This document shows, one piece after another, positions 50,416 through 63,383 of a stretch of 64,000 nt of DNA (position 1 is the first letter of the stretch; every line of letters begins with the position of its first letter). The stretch comes from Octopus sinensis (taxonomy: Eukaryota), in contig NC_043015.1 in NCBI RefSeq assembly GCF_006345805.1, forward strand, positions 32,116,001 through 32,180,000, in the 5' to 3' direction. The translations under genes were made by a program, and so were the position numbers. The notes beneath the pieces were generated by a model. The model had not been told where the DNA came from. It saw only the letters and a list, made by a program, of their open reading frames with translations, and did no database searches.

Positions 50416-50420
50416 CAGAC

Positions 50421-50478
<58 letters not shown>

Positions 50479-50720
50479 GTAGGCAGAAAGACAGGTAAAT
50501 AGATAGATAGGTAGGCAGATAGACAGGTAGATAGATAGACTGACAGGCATATAGATGTGCATTTTCATAGATGGATGGATGGATAGTCAGATACAGATAA
50601 ATAGGGGTGAGGGAGGGAGGGAGGAAGAGAAAGATAGATAGAGAGAGTGAGAGATAGATAGATAGATCGATAAACAGACCGGTTGATAGAGACAGGTGTA
50701 GATAGGTAGGTAGGTAGATA
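50345..50720. repeat. (GATA)n/(GACA)n microsatellite
   Basis: Seen directly. Confidence 0.95.
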
Positions 50721-51046
50721 AAGCAATAAATAACGAAGTGTGGAAGGAAGTCCGACTCCCCTAACGGCTCGTTATTTAACGATCTTTCTGACATGGCATA
50801 ATTGTAATACACCCTTATTATCAGGTTTTCATGTCAAACCATTCACACACATGTGAAGTACCAAAATCTTTTCAGAGGCAGTTTTTTTTCTTCTTTTTTC
50901 CTTTTCAAATATTTTTTAATCTCTTTGGTCTTTTGTTCCATTTGTTTGTCTAATGTTGAGAATAATAATTCTTTTCTTCTGCAAATATTTAATGGCTTGC
51001 CCTCCTTTTTCTGTCTTTTCAACTCATAAATAACAGGTTATAAAAT

Positions 51047-51049
<3 letters not shown>

Positions 51050-51100
<51 letters not shown>
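51050..51100. repeat. (TAG)n microsatellite
   Basis: Seen directly. Confidence 0.95.
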
Positions 51101-51382
51101 AAAGTACTGGTGGTGGTGGTAGTTTTAAAGTGGTAGTGGTGGTAATAATGTTTTCAAATTTTAGCGCAAGGCCAGCAAGTTTGTGGGAGAGCCCAAGTCA
51201 ATTACGCTGACCTCATTGCTCAACTGGTACTTATTTTATCAACCCTGAAAGGACGAGAGGCAAAGCTGGCCTCAGTGGAATTTCAACACAGAACACAAAG
51301 AAGGGTGAAATGTGCCAAGCATTTTGCCTGGTGTGCTAACGTTTCTGCCAGCTAGCCACCTTTATAGTTGTGGTAATAATAC

Positions 51383-51609
51383 TTAACCCTTTCATTACCA
51401 ACCCGGCTGAAACCGGCTCTGGCTCTGAGTACAAATGTCTTGTTTTCATAAGTTTTGAATTAAATCTTCCACCAAATCTTAGTCACAATTTATGCTCCTA
51501 ACACTAGCTGAATGATAACCAAGTGATTTTACTAAATTCTTTGCTATATTTAAAGTAATTGAAAGAAACACAGAGCATCTTAAAATAAATACAGTAATGA
51601 AAGGGTTGA
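51383..51609. mobile_element. piggyBac-type MITE (TTAACCCTTTCATTAC family)
   Basis: TTAA-ccctttcattac ... gtaatgaaaggg-TTGA. Confidence 0.8.
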
Positions 51610-51649
51610 AGACCTGTTTTTTAGTGGTTTTAGTAGTGGTGGGGGATCC

Positions 51650-52124
51650 TGTGACTTATTATGTAGGTAGGTAAGGTTTTCCAGTTATAAAAACTGTTCA
51701 CTGTGAGGTGGTTCAATATTTAATAGTTTGCTCATGAGAATATGGGTAGGGTATTGACTTACCTACCTGTTAATGAGAGACAGGTTCAAAACTCATCGGG
51801 TTTTCACTGAGTTTCCAGTAAAAAACCATTTTACTCGTCATTGCAAGCAATCCAGTCATCTGTCGGATCAATCTTAGACTACAGTACACCAATCAATCAG
51901 TTCACCCAACTGTAAGAACAATCTCATATAATAGTCCACCTGTCAGTTCAACCAGCTGCCAGATCAGTCTCAGTTCACCAATCAGATGAAACTGATCAAT
52001 AATCCACCAGTGAGTTCAACCAGCTGCTAGATCAAACTGATCAATCGTATATCACAGTTCAATAATCAGTTCAACCAGATGCCTGACTAATCAGGCCGGG
52101 TCTCAAATCTCAGTTCGGCTGACA
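51650..52124. mobile_element. Possible solo LTR / unclassified element
   Basis: TG...CA ends, purine-rich gtggtggggga 5' of it, degenerate internal cagttcaaccag repeats. Confidence 0.3.
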
Positions 52125-52155
52125 GTAATAGCTGTCAGATCATTGTAATTAAATC

Positions 52156-52621
52156 TTAACCCTGTCGTTACCAACCCGGCTGAAACTGGTTCAGGTCCTG
52201 TAGTACAAATGTCTTGTTTTCAAAAAATCTGAATTAAAATCTTTCATCAAACCTTAGTCACAATTTATGTTCCTAACACTAACTTAATGATAACTAAGTT
52301 ATTTTACTAAATTCTATGTTATATTCAAACATTCGAGCTAGGTCGTTGCCAGTACCACCAGACTGGCTCTCGTGCCAGTGGCACGTAAAAGCACCCACTA
52401 CACTCACGGAGTGGTTGGCGTTAGGAAGGGCATCCAGCTGTAGAAACTCTGCCAGATCAAGATTGGATCCTGGTACAGCCATCTGGTTCGCCAGTCCTCA
52501 GTCAAATTGTCCAACCCATGCTAGCATGGAAAGTGGACATTAAACGATGATGATGAATGATTCAAAATAATTGAAAGAAACATAGAGCATCTCAAAATAA
52601 GTACAGTAATGAAAGGGTTAA
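52156..52621. mobile_element. piggyBac-type MITE interrupted by SINE family C
   Basis: TTAA at both ends; SINE flanked by attcaaa TSD (52323-52329 / 52560-52566). Confidence 0.85.
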
Positions 52622-52784
52622 ACCACTCTCATCCATTGCCTAGAGCAGTGGTTTTCAACCATTTCTTTTACCTACTGGAGCCCTTTGATTCCTATTTACT
52701 TGGGTGGATCCCTATAGCCATTTCATGTTTAAAAAAAATTCTATTACTATCTTATAATTAAATATTATTAGGAATTACTCTTTA

Positions 52785-53213
52785 CTCTTTTACTTGTTTC
52801 AGTCATTTGACTGCGGCCATGCTGGAGCACCGCCTTTAGTCGAGCAAATCGACCCCAGGGTTTATTCTTTGTAAGCCTACGTTATGAGTTCAAATTCCGC
52901 TGAGGTCGACTTTGCCTTTCATCCTTTCGGGATCAATTAAATAAGTAGCAATTAGGCACTGGGATTGATATAATCGACTTAATCCATTTGTCTGTCCTTG
53001 TTTGTCCTCTCTGTGTTTCGCCCCTTGCGGGTAGTAAAGAAACAGGTATTTCATTTGCCGTTGCGTTCTGAGTTCAAATTCCACCGAGGTTGACTTTGCC
53101 TTTCATCCTTTCGGGGTCGATTTAATAAGTACCAGCTACACACTGGGGTCGATGTAATCGACTTAATCTATTTGTCTGTCCTTGTTTGCCCCCTCTGGGC
53201 AGTAAAGAAATAA
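52785..53213. mobile_element. Family B tail (-) fused to family A (+) with a doubled core
   Basis: Core matches. Confidence 0.8.
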
Positions 53214-54574
53214 GAATATTTGGGCCGGATATGGCCAGTTCAAATGCTAATAGGTTAAGCCAGCGACTGATACTGAAAACATAATGTTAGCCTACAATTA
53301 TACTAAACCAATATTTAGTACTAACACTAAACAATTACCACAATATTTGATTAAATCCTTATCTGATGTCAAATATATAATAACTACTGAAATAGTTCAG
53401 TAAACCATTATCTGCTGTTAATACTATTCACTTATCCGAGTACATTACAAAAACCACTAACCAGTGTTAATCTTGTATATTTACTCTCATATCCCACATA
53501 AGCATTTTATGTTGTTCTAACTGTATAATAAACCAATTTCTAGTGTTAAGCAAAATTAGTCGAGTATTCCAGCAAAAATAAATAAATAAAATTCAACCGT
53601 ATCTAACAATATTACCTTTCCTATGAACTGATGTTTGCAGTCAGCAGAATACCTTCATATTTCGTTGAATAACACAAAATGTCTGAACTATTCAAACGAA
53701 AATAGTCTTTCCTGCATGCTCAGATAATTTCAAAGAAATAATATTAAAATTGATTTTTTTGGTTGATTTCTGTCCAAATGTTTATAAACATACTTTTCCA
53801 TTGGAACTTTTTCCGTATATGTGTGTGTGTATTTGTGTATGTGTGGGCAAAGGTTTCGAGCTTACATTCCAAAATCTCTCTCATTACACTCACCTGCACA
53901 CACACACACACACATATATGCACCTCATACATGTGTGTGTGTGTGTGTGGTGTATGTGTGTCTGTATTTGGGTTCTCTCTCACAGACACACACAGCTCTC
54001 TTTCTACCTGGCTCTTGCTTTCTCTTCTGCTCCATTGACACCACCATTACATTACCACCTGCCCCCCCCCCCCAGCATACCATCCAACTGAAATAGATAG
54101 TGAGTTAGCAATTGTCTGGAATGTTCTTGCTTTCATAAACCTACCTTGAAATGCCTGATGGTCTTGAATGATGTATGGAGTAAACATAAATCAAATTTGG
54201 CTTTAAGCATGAGAATTAATTTTTATTTTCTAATTAAATTCTAATTTATTGAAATTACCTCCCCTTTTGCCACTAGGTTTTTGTTTTCTTTCTTAAATAA
54301 AGAGGAATATTTCTATTCATTACAGATGTTTTGTGTAAATCAAATTGGTACATACACACATATTTGTTTTTATTTTCAATTAATGACACTGGCTTTTTTG
54401 AGTTGCTTTCCTTATTTCAATATTTTTATTTTGTTTTTTACGTTATAAGAATTTAGAAGCTTCAATAGTGAAATAAACAGTCTTTAATGGTAAAAATATT
54501 GGCTAATAAAATATGCTTGGATGGAAAATGTCAGGCTGCCCATGGCACTCTAACCCACACCTGTGTATAAATAA

Positions 54575-55350
54575 GGGCAGGTGTGACTGTGTGGTAAGAA
54601 GTTTGCATCCCAACTACATGGTTCTGGGTTCAGTCCTACTGCATGGCACCTTGGGCAAGTGTCTTCTACTGTAGCCCTGGGCTGCCCAAAGACTTGTGAG
54701 TGGATTAGGTAGATGGAAACTGAAAGAAGCCTATTGAATATATATCATCATCATCATCATCATCGTTTAATGTCCTTTTTTATGCTGGTATGGGTTGGAC
54801 AGTTTGGCAGGAACTGGTCGACCAGTGAGCTGTCCAGGCTCCAATTGTCTGTTGTGGGATGATTTCTATGGCTGGATGCCCTTCCTAATGCCAACCACTT
54901 TACAGAGTGTGCTGGGTGCTTTCTACATGCCACTGGCATGGGTGGGTTTATACAGCACTGCTATCTGTAAAGGACAAGCCTGGATGTATGGATGACAGCT
55001 ATCTTACTAAGCTTGACACATCTCAAGTACAGCAAGTATATATATATATATATATATATATATCATCATCATGATCGTTTAGCGTCTGTTCTCCATGCTA
55101 GCATGGGTTGGACGGTTCGACCGGGGATTTGGGAAGCCAGGAGGCTGCACCAGGCTCCAGTCTTATCTGGCAATGTTTCTACAGCTGGATGCCCTTCCTA
55201 ACGCCAACCACTCCGTGAGTGTAGTGGGTGCTTTTTACGTGCCACCTGCACAGGTGCCAGGTGAGGCTGGCAACGGCCACGGTCGGATTGGTGCATTTTA
55301 CGTGCCACCGGCACGGAAGCCAGTCAAGGCAGCACTGGCTTCGGCCACGA
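54575..55350. mobile_element. Family B head plus two family C copies (-)
   Basis: Core matches. Confidence 0.75.
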
Positions 55351-55664
55351 TATATATATATATATAATATATATACATATATTTGTGTTTGTCCCCCCAC
55401 CATCAATTGACAACTGGTGGTGCATTTATGCCCCCATAACTCAGTGGTTTAGCAAAAGGACTTATAGAATAAGAACCAGGCGTTACGACTGAAACATGCA
55501 GAAGATAAATATTGGCAGACTTTTAGCAGAAAAACAAATAAACAAAGTAACTGGAGTAGTTTGAGTAAGTGATGAAATAATTATGTTTAGGTTAGTCCAC
55601 GGGGGGGAAGAAAAACAGTGAAAGTTATCTCTGCATATGTAAAAAAGCACCCAGCACACTCTGT

Positions 55665-56070
55665 AGGCGCAGGAGTGGCTGTGTGGTAAGTAGCTTGCTA
55701 ACCAACCACACGGTTCTGGGTTCAGTCCCACTGCGTGGCATCTTGGGCAAGTGTCTTCTGCTATAGCCCCGGGCCGACCATGCCTTGTGAGTGGATTTGG
55801 TAGACGAAAACTGAAAGAAGCCTGTCGTATATATGTATATATATGTTTATGCGTATGTGTATATGTTTGTGTGTCTGTGTTTGTCCCCTTAGCATTGCTT
55901 GACAACCGATGCTGGTGTGTTTACGTCCCCGTCACTTAGTGGTTCGGCAAAAGAGACCGATAGAATAAGTACTAGGCTTACAAAAGAATAAGTCCCGGGG
56001 TCGATTTGCTCGACTAAAGGCGGTGCTCCAGCATAGCCGCAGTCAAATGACTGAAACAAGTAAAAGAGTA
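55665..56070 (+). mobile_element. SINE family B, full length
   Basis: High similarity to other copies. Confidence 0.9.
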
Positions 56071-56149
56071 TATGCATCTCAATAAAAGAAAAATGATAGT
56101 GGCCCCAATTCCTTGGTTGATGGTATTAATGGATATTAAATGGTATTAA

Positions 56150-56388
56150 AGGGCAGTGAGCTGGCAGAATCGTTAGCACGCCAGGCGAAATGCTTAGCGA
56201 TATTTTGTCTGCCGTTACGTTCTGAGTTCAAATTCTGCCGAGGTCGACTTTGCCTTTCATCCTTTCGGGGTCGATTTAATAAGTACCACTTACGCACTGG
56301 GATCGATGTAATCGACTTAATCCGTGTGTCTGTCCTTGTTTGTCCCCTCTGTGTTTTAGCCCCTTGTGGGTAGTAAAGAAATAGGTAT
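56150..56388 (+). mobile_element. SINE family A, full length
   Basis: Head, core and tail match. Confidence 0.88.
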
Positions 56389-56397
56389 TAATGGATA

Positions 56398-56615
56398 TGT
56401 GAAAGGATGCTGAAAAGTTCCTGGCTTTGGGTAAAAGAAAATACAGGAAGATCAGCTAATTATGATTTATTCAACATATTCCCCTCTCAGATTCACACAC
56501 TTATTGCAGCAGTCCTTCAGTTTTTCTGAGACCTGTGAAAGAACTTGCAAAAGTGGGCCTCCAACCAGGTTTTTCATGACACCCTTAAAGCCAGGAACCT
56601 TTCAGCAGCTCCATG
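56398..56615. mobile_element. Mariner-type MITE
   Basis: Imperfect TIR tgctgaaaagttcctggcttt / aaagccaggaacctttcagca, TA flanks. Confidence 0.7.
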
Positions 56616-57406
56616 TATTAGGCAACACCACAATGACTTCCATGGTGTGCATGAAGGGTATGGGTGTGATACAAAGAATGAGGAAGAATGCTGAGATGTG
56701 ATTCAAATGACCTCAACATTGCAGTATGAATTTGAGGAAAGCAGCCAGCGCCACCTGATATCACCTACCAGTCAGGTGAGCACACGTGTCAGGCAAACTT
56801 TATTCTCACCAGAAAATGGAATAGACAGCGTGTTTGTAAATACCAAGCATTTCCCATGTGAACAATGCCCTCTGATGGAAGCAGAGTGGTTCACTTTTCT
56901 TTTCTACTTATTAAAACTGTTGGACTTGGTTGGATTGCCCATGCTCAGTCCACAACAGGATGAAGGCCTTCTCAGCATGTTCTCTCCACCAGAGAATGGC
57001 TTGAGATCATACTGGTTTGATGAACCTACCCAAAAAGGCTTGGCAGGGGGAAACAGTTTATATACTTATTCCCAGGGGTAGTTCAGTCAATTACATTGAT
57101 CCCAGTACTCAGCTGGTACCTATTTATCGACCCTGAAAAGATGAAGAGCAAAGTCAACCAAGACAGAATTTGAACTCAGGATGTAAAAATGGATGAAATA
57201 CTGCTAAGCATTTCACCCAGTGTGCTAACAATTCTGCCAGTTCACTGATATTAAAACTGTAATCTGTGTAAATTTCACTCTGAGGGTACTCAATTTCAGG
57301 TTTTGCTTCTATATCTGGATTTTCAAAAATCTGCTGCAGGTTCAATTTTAAGAACTGCCATCAGCATATATGGGTTCAGATGAGCAAATGGTTTTAAAAC
57401 TAATTC

Positions 57407-57503
57407 CTCCAGAGGTCTCAGTCTTTCGTCATTGCCTCTGTGAGACCCAACTTTGAACGTTGGGTCTCACAGGGGCAATGATGAAAGACCGAGACCTCTG
57501 GAG
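57407..57503. repeat. 97-nt hairpin (45-bp stem, 7-nt loop)
   Basis: 57407-57451 versus 57459-57503: 3 mismatches. Confidence 0.92.
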
Positions 57504-57654
57504 ATATCCTGTGACTGCGAAGACCCGACAAATAATGTGAGTTCATGGCTGTTTCCTGCACCAGCTTCACATAGAAGCCCCAGCCCTTCCAAAGTGCCTT
57601 GGATTGCAGGATGGCCTGATGTGCTTACCTTGGATTGTAGGGCGACCTGCTGTG

Positions 57655-58040
57655 CTTGAGGAGACCTATTGAGTCAAGTACACCAACATCAACATCAAAA
57701 AATCAAATGGAAATTGTAGTTGTGATACCTGTGCTGGTGGCACGTAAAATGCACCATTCGTATGTGGCCGATACCAGCGCTGCCTTGACTGGCTTGTGCC
57801 AGTAGCACGTAAAAAGCACCAACCAATCGTGGCCGTTGCCAGCGGCCCCTGGCACCTGTGCCGGAGGCACGTAAAAAGCACCCACAACACTCATGGAGCG
57901 GTTGGCGTTAGGAAGGGCATCCAGCTGTAGAAACACTGCCAGATCAGGCTGGAGCCTGGTGCAGCCTCCTGGCTTCCCAGACACCAGTCAAACCGTCCAA
58001 CCCATGCTAGCATGGAAAACAGACATTAAACGATGATGAT
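57655..58040 (+). mobile_element. SINE family C with 5' extension
   Basis: Core, subrepeats and (GAT)n tail. Confidence 0.85.
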
Positions 58041-58269
58041 GTTATAGCCTGGAAGACGATAATGAACAGAAGGAGTTTGAATACTGTTGCTTAATATATT
58101 CTTTACTAGAAAAGGATTTTGAAATGACAAAGATTTAATAGGGTTGGCATCAAGAGAGGTATCTGATCCAGCCACATAATGTTGCCTCAAAAAGTCCTAT
58201 CCACCCCATGCCAACATGGGTCACTCTAAGAGCTTAGAAAAGCCTTAAAAGAGGAATCGTTGAAAGAAG

Positions 58270-58560
58270 AATCTGAAGATAATCTGGATTCATCAGGGCG
58301 ATGCACAACCACACATCTTTCATAGCAAATCAGGTAATCTGCGATTCCCAATCCACCATACAGCCTGGAGTGGCACTGATGTCCACCGGTTTGGTCCAAC
58401 GAAGGACAGTCTTCAGGGACAGCAGTTTGATAACACACCCAAGATGAAAGTGACTATGAAGTAGGTACAACAGTGCAGCTCTGATTTTTTTCAAAGTGTT
58501 TTTGAGATTTGAGTTAAATGAGTTGTTCTGAAGCAGGGTCCACATGAGATTTTGTTTAAG
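58270..58560 (+). mobile_element. Mariner transposase C-terminal remnant
   Basis: HQGDAQPH, PPYSLE and DVHRFGPTKDSLQGQQF resemble mariner HDNARPH / PYSPDL / DFHLFGPLK; frameshifted. Confidence 0.65.
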
Positions 58561-59459
58561 TTTATGTGCAATAGATTGGCCAAATACTTCTACAATACAT
58601 AAAATATTAAATTCTTTTTTTTTTGCAATTTCTAATAATAATTAATCATAAAAATACAGTAGGATCTCTTTATATACAATGAACAGCTATGGAGATCCCA
58701 GGCGAGTAAAATGGAAATCGAAGGGGTCCATAGGCCAAAAAAAAAAAAAAAATGGTTGAGATCCAATGAGTTAAATGATGGCACAAATGTATCACTTGAA
58801 ATAGAGACTGTTTCGTAGGACCTTGGAGCAAGGGTTACTCTACCAACACGTGCAGTTCGACCTAAGCCAGTTAAAAAAAAAGTTATGCCCACTTTTTTTA
58901 TTACTTTCAGCCCAGACCAGCCCTTGTCTGTGCACGTATACACTCACATCCATATATATTGCGCATAATAAATAGAAATATATACAATAAGTACGATATA
59001 AATGAAATGAAATGGAGGAGAGCAAAAACCAAAACACACGTCCCTATACATGTGAGACTGTACTTCGAAATCCCTTCTGAAAGGGATCAAATGGTTACAA
59101 AGTTGGGGTGTGAATTCTAGGTAAATATAAGAAGCACAAAGCAGACCCTCATTTTATGGTCGGTTCTCCATTTAACAGAACAGTCTCTCATCAGCTGTGT
59201 CAATAAGGTGCGGTGTTTAAAGTATGGATGGGATTGAAGCTCAGAGAGGAAGAACGGTTGGTAAGAGTGAGGAAGACGAGTGTAAAGATGCATAGGATGA
59301 GGTAAGAGGAGAGATGTCGATGGAGAGAGACAGACTGAATGGGTATTTCGAATTTTGGCACAAGGCCAGCAATTTCGGGGAAGGGTGCAAGTTGAAATAT
59401 TATATAGGATGGGAGAAAGTATGTAAATTGAATAACGGGACAAATGATAGGGGGGAGAG

Positions 59460-59486
59460 AGAGAGAGAGATGGGTAAATGCAGAGG

Positions 59487-59528
<42 letters not shown>

Positions 59529-59896
59529 TGGGGAGAGACTAATGTGAGAGAGAGAAGATGAAGGAAAAGAGATTTAATAAAAGAGAGAAAGAGAGGGGGA
59601 AAGACAGACAGACAGACAGACGTAGGGGAGAGTAATGGCGAGAGAGAAGGGGACAGACAGGATGATAGGGTTTAAGAGAAAGAAAAAAAGGGTGGATTAG
59701 TAGTGAATTGTAGTACAAGGGGAGAGACAGACAGACAGATAAAAATGGAGAAGAGATAGAGATGAATAGACATTTCGGTGAAGAGAGCATCTGAATAATG
59801 GCAAGAGAGATAGAAGGATAAATAGAGAGGATGAGAGAGAAGAAGAAACAAAGAGGGTGCGTTACGGAAAAACAATGTTTTATATATGTATATATA

Positions 59897-59951
<55 letters not shown>

Positions 59952-60456
59952 GTGTGTGCGTGTGTGTATATATATATGTGTGTGCGCACATGATAGTATC
60001 GAACTGTGAGGACGAGTGCTCAATACTGCATTTGGTGGAGAGTCTTTATTTGTGGATAAAATATGAGAGAGAGAGAGTGAGGTGAGGGAAAGACATTAAT
60101 AAAGAAATATTTAAATGCCTGATTAAAAGGAAAAATAAGGCTGGTGTGACAGTTAACGCCATGTAATTGAAAAAAAGAAAGAACAAAATGTACAAGAGAG
60201 AGATAAGAAGTGAAGGATGTGGTAAAAAGAGAGAACAATAGAGAGGGGCATGGAGAGAAAGGCACTGCGAAAATGTAATGTCAGAAGGAAAGGAAAAAAA
60301 AGAGTAGAAGACGGAATAATGGTGAAAGGAAGAGAGAGAGAGACCAGAATGGAATATAAAGGAAAGAAAGAGATGTTGGTAGAATAAGAAATATTAAAGG
60401 AAAAGGAGAGATGTTGAAATTGCAATAAAAGAAAAGAAGGAAGATGGAAAAGGTAA

Positions 60457-60497
<41 letters not shown>

Positions 60498-60907
60498 ATG
60501 GGTAAATGCAGAGGGGGAGAGACTAATGTGAGAGAGAGAAGATGAAGGAAAAGAGATTTAATAAAAGAGAGAAAGAGAGGGGGAAAGACAGACAGACAGA
60601 CAGACGTAGGGGAGAGTAATGGCGAGAGAGAAGGGGACAGACAGGATGATAGGGTTAAGAGAAAGAAAAAAAGGGTGGATTAGTAGTGAATTGTAGTACA
60701 AGGGGAGAGACAGACAGACAGATAAAAATGGAGAAGAGATAGAGATGAATAGACATTTCGGTGAAGAGAGCATCTGAATAATGGCAAGAGAGATAGAAGG
60801 ATAAATAGAGAGGATGAGAGAGAGAGAGAGAGAGAAGAAGAAACAAAGAGGGTGCGTTACGGAAAAACAATGTTTTATATATGTATATATATGTGTGTGT
60901 GTGTGTA

Positions 60908-60942
<35 letters not shown>

Positions 60943-61470
60943 GTGTGTGCGTGTGTGTATATATATATGTGTGTGCGCACATGATAGTATCGAACTGTGA
61001 GGACGAGTGCTCAATACTGCATTTGGTGGAGAGTCTTTATTTGTGGATAAAATATGAGAGAGAGAGAGAGAGTGAGGTGAGGGAAAGACATTAATAAAGA
61101 AATATTTAAATGCCTGATTAAAAGGAAAAATAAGGCTGGTGTGACAGTTAACGCCATGTAATTGAAAAAAAGAAAGAACAAAATGTACAAGAGAGAGATA
61201 AGAAGTGAAGGATGTGGTAAAAAAGAGAGAACAATAGAGAGGGGCATGGAGAGAAAGGCACTGCGAAAATGTAATGTCAGAAGGAAAGGAAAAAAAAGAG
61301 TAGAAGACGGAATAATGGTGAAAGGAAGAGAGAGAGAGACCAGAATGGAATATAAAGGAAAGAAAGAGATGTTGGTAGAATAAGAAATATTAAAGGAAAA
61401 GGAGAGATGTTGAAATTGCAATAAAAGAAAAGAAGGAAGATGGAAAAGGTAAAGAGAGAGAGAGAGAGAG
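59460..61470 (+). repeat. ~1 kb direct tandem duplication of GA-rich DNA
   Basis: actaatgtgagagagagaagatg at 59539 and 60522; copies differ mainly in repeat/homopolymer lengths. Confidence 0.92.
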
Positions 61471-61609
61471 AATGAGTGAAGGATAAGAGAGAAAGAGAGA
61501 GAGAGTAAAAGGGAAAAAGAGAGAGGAAGGAGGAGGATTACAGTAAAAAAAGAGAGAGAGAAAGAGAAGGTAGGAGGAAGCGCGAAAGCGGAATATAAAA
61601 CACACACAT

Positions 61610-61695
61610 TATATATGTGTGTGTGTATATATGTATATATATAATGTGTGTGTATATATATAATGTGTATGCGTATATATATATATGTGTGTGTA

Positions 61696-61741
<46 letters not shown>

Positions 61742-62020
61742 GTGTGTATATATATATAATGCGTGTATATATATATACTGCGTGTGTATATATATTACGT
61801 GTGTATATATAATGCATATATACATACATATATGTGTGTATATATATATGTGTGTATATATATGTGTGTATATATATGTGTGTGTATATATATATAATGC
61901 GTGTATATATATATATATTGCGTGTGTATATATAATGTATATATATATATATATATTACGTGTGTATATATAATGTATATATACATATAATGTGTGTATA
62001 TATCAACACCCAATATATAT
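61610..62020. repeat. (TA)/(TG) compound microsatellite
   Basis: Seen directly. Confidence 0.95.
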
Positions 62021-62208
62021 ATAATCCCAAAAATTGAGTATGTTTTTCGACATAAAAGTTGGAAGTTTTAAGGAGAAGGACGGTAAATGTGGCTGCAGCA
62101 TCGATTAAAGTATTGTATTAACGATGCTAAAATATCTGAGTGAAAGGAGAAGAGAAAAGAATTGTTGAGGAGCAAAAAATGTTTTCCAACCCAAAACTGT
62201 AAACATAC

Positions 62209-62224
62209 CTGAACCATCAGCCAT
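62209..62224 (-). CDS. STI1-like domain protein, coding exon 1 (MADGS)
   Basis: aatcATGG Kozak context, ATG GCT GAT GGT TCA G|gtatgt donor (phase 1) matching the phase-1 acceptor at 40891; CpG-containing unique sequence upstream. Inferred 21.3 kb intron. Confidence 0.65.
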
Positions 62225-62620
62225 GATTTACATCCAATGACGGCTTGGAAATCGACAGGGACGGTGATAGGCGAAATGTAGTGGCCTCTGTAAAAGAGTT
62301 CCGGATCTCTCCTCAATACTGCGTACAACACTCTCTCTCTGTCTCAATCTGTCTGTCTCTGTCTCTGTCTCTCTCTCAATCTGTCTGTCTGTCTCTGTCT
62401 CTGTCTCTCTCAATCTGTCTCTGTCTCTCTTCTGTCTGTCTCTCTGTCTCTCAATCTGTCTCTGTCTCTCTCTCTCTCTCTCAATCTGTCTCTGTCTCTC
62501 TCTCTCTCTCTCAATCTCTCTGTCTGTCTGTCTGTCTCTGTCTCTCTCAATCTGTCTGTCTCTGTCTCTCTCTCTCTCTCAATCTGTCTGTCTGTCTCTG
62601 TCTCTCTCTCTCTCTCTCTT
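62225..62620 (-). promoter_or_regulatory. Probable 5' UTR/promoter of the STI1-like gene
   Basis: CpG-containing unique stretch 62225-62330 with CCGGAA (ETS-like) at 62299-62304 and an AUG-UAA element, preceded by a (GA)/(GACA) microsatellite at 62330-62620. Confidence 0.35.
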
Positions 62621-62704
62621 AGGTTGTTAATAATGTTTTCGAGTATTCGAATAAAAATCAACGTACTTTATTCAGTGTGTGTGTGTGTGTACATATAAGC
62701 ACTG

Positions 62705-62897
62705 CACGTCGTTTCGTCTGCCGTTACGTTCCGAGTTCAAATTCCGCCGAGGTCGACTTTGCCTTTCATCCTTTCGGGGGTCGATTAATTAAGTACCAGT
62801 TACGCACTGGGGAGATCGATGTAATCGACTTAATCCCTTTGTCTGTCCTTGTTTGTCTCCCCTCTGTGTTTAGCCCCTTGTGGGTAGTAAAGAAATA
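62705..62897 (+). mobile_element. SINE family A
   Basis: Core and tail match. Confidence 0.85.
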
Positions 62898-63383
62898 TAT
62901 AAGCACTACACGTCGCTAAAATTATGGTGACGAGGAAAATTTATCGGTATTACTGCGTAAATACCCATTTTCATAGCAAGTCTGTTTTACTTATAATTAC
63001 ACTCCAGTAACTTCCTTTTATAGTGCACTCTCCATGTCTTTCCACGCACGCATGTATGTGTCTGCGTGTGCGTGTGCATGCGCTCACATGTCAGGGGAGA
63101 TAACTAAAGGAGTTGGTGACAGGAAGGGCATTTGGTGGTAAAAACTCTGCATCAGAAAAAAACAGTGATTTACATACATACATAAATAAGAAGTCAGGAC
63201 GTACGTTTACTTTATCACTTGTTCTCTGTACTATGACGCCTGTTTCTGGTTGAAGCGTTGATGTAATCATGATGTTAATCTGAAATGCTAGCCTTCCATA
63301 TCTGCATTGATTAGTAAATGTACGATACCACTGTGCAAAGTGTAGCGTACATATTGGTGCAGAGGTAAAAAAAAAATTATTAT

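Noticed and set aside
50730-50812. MSERSLNNEPLGESDF as an alternative first exon
   Set aside because: Only a weak phase-0 donor, incompatible with the phase-1 acceptor at 40891.
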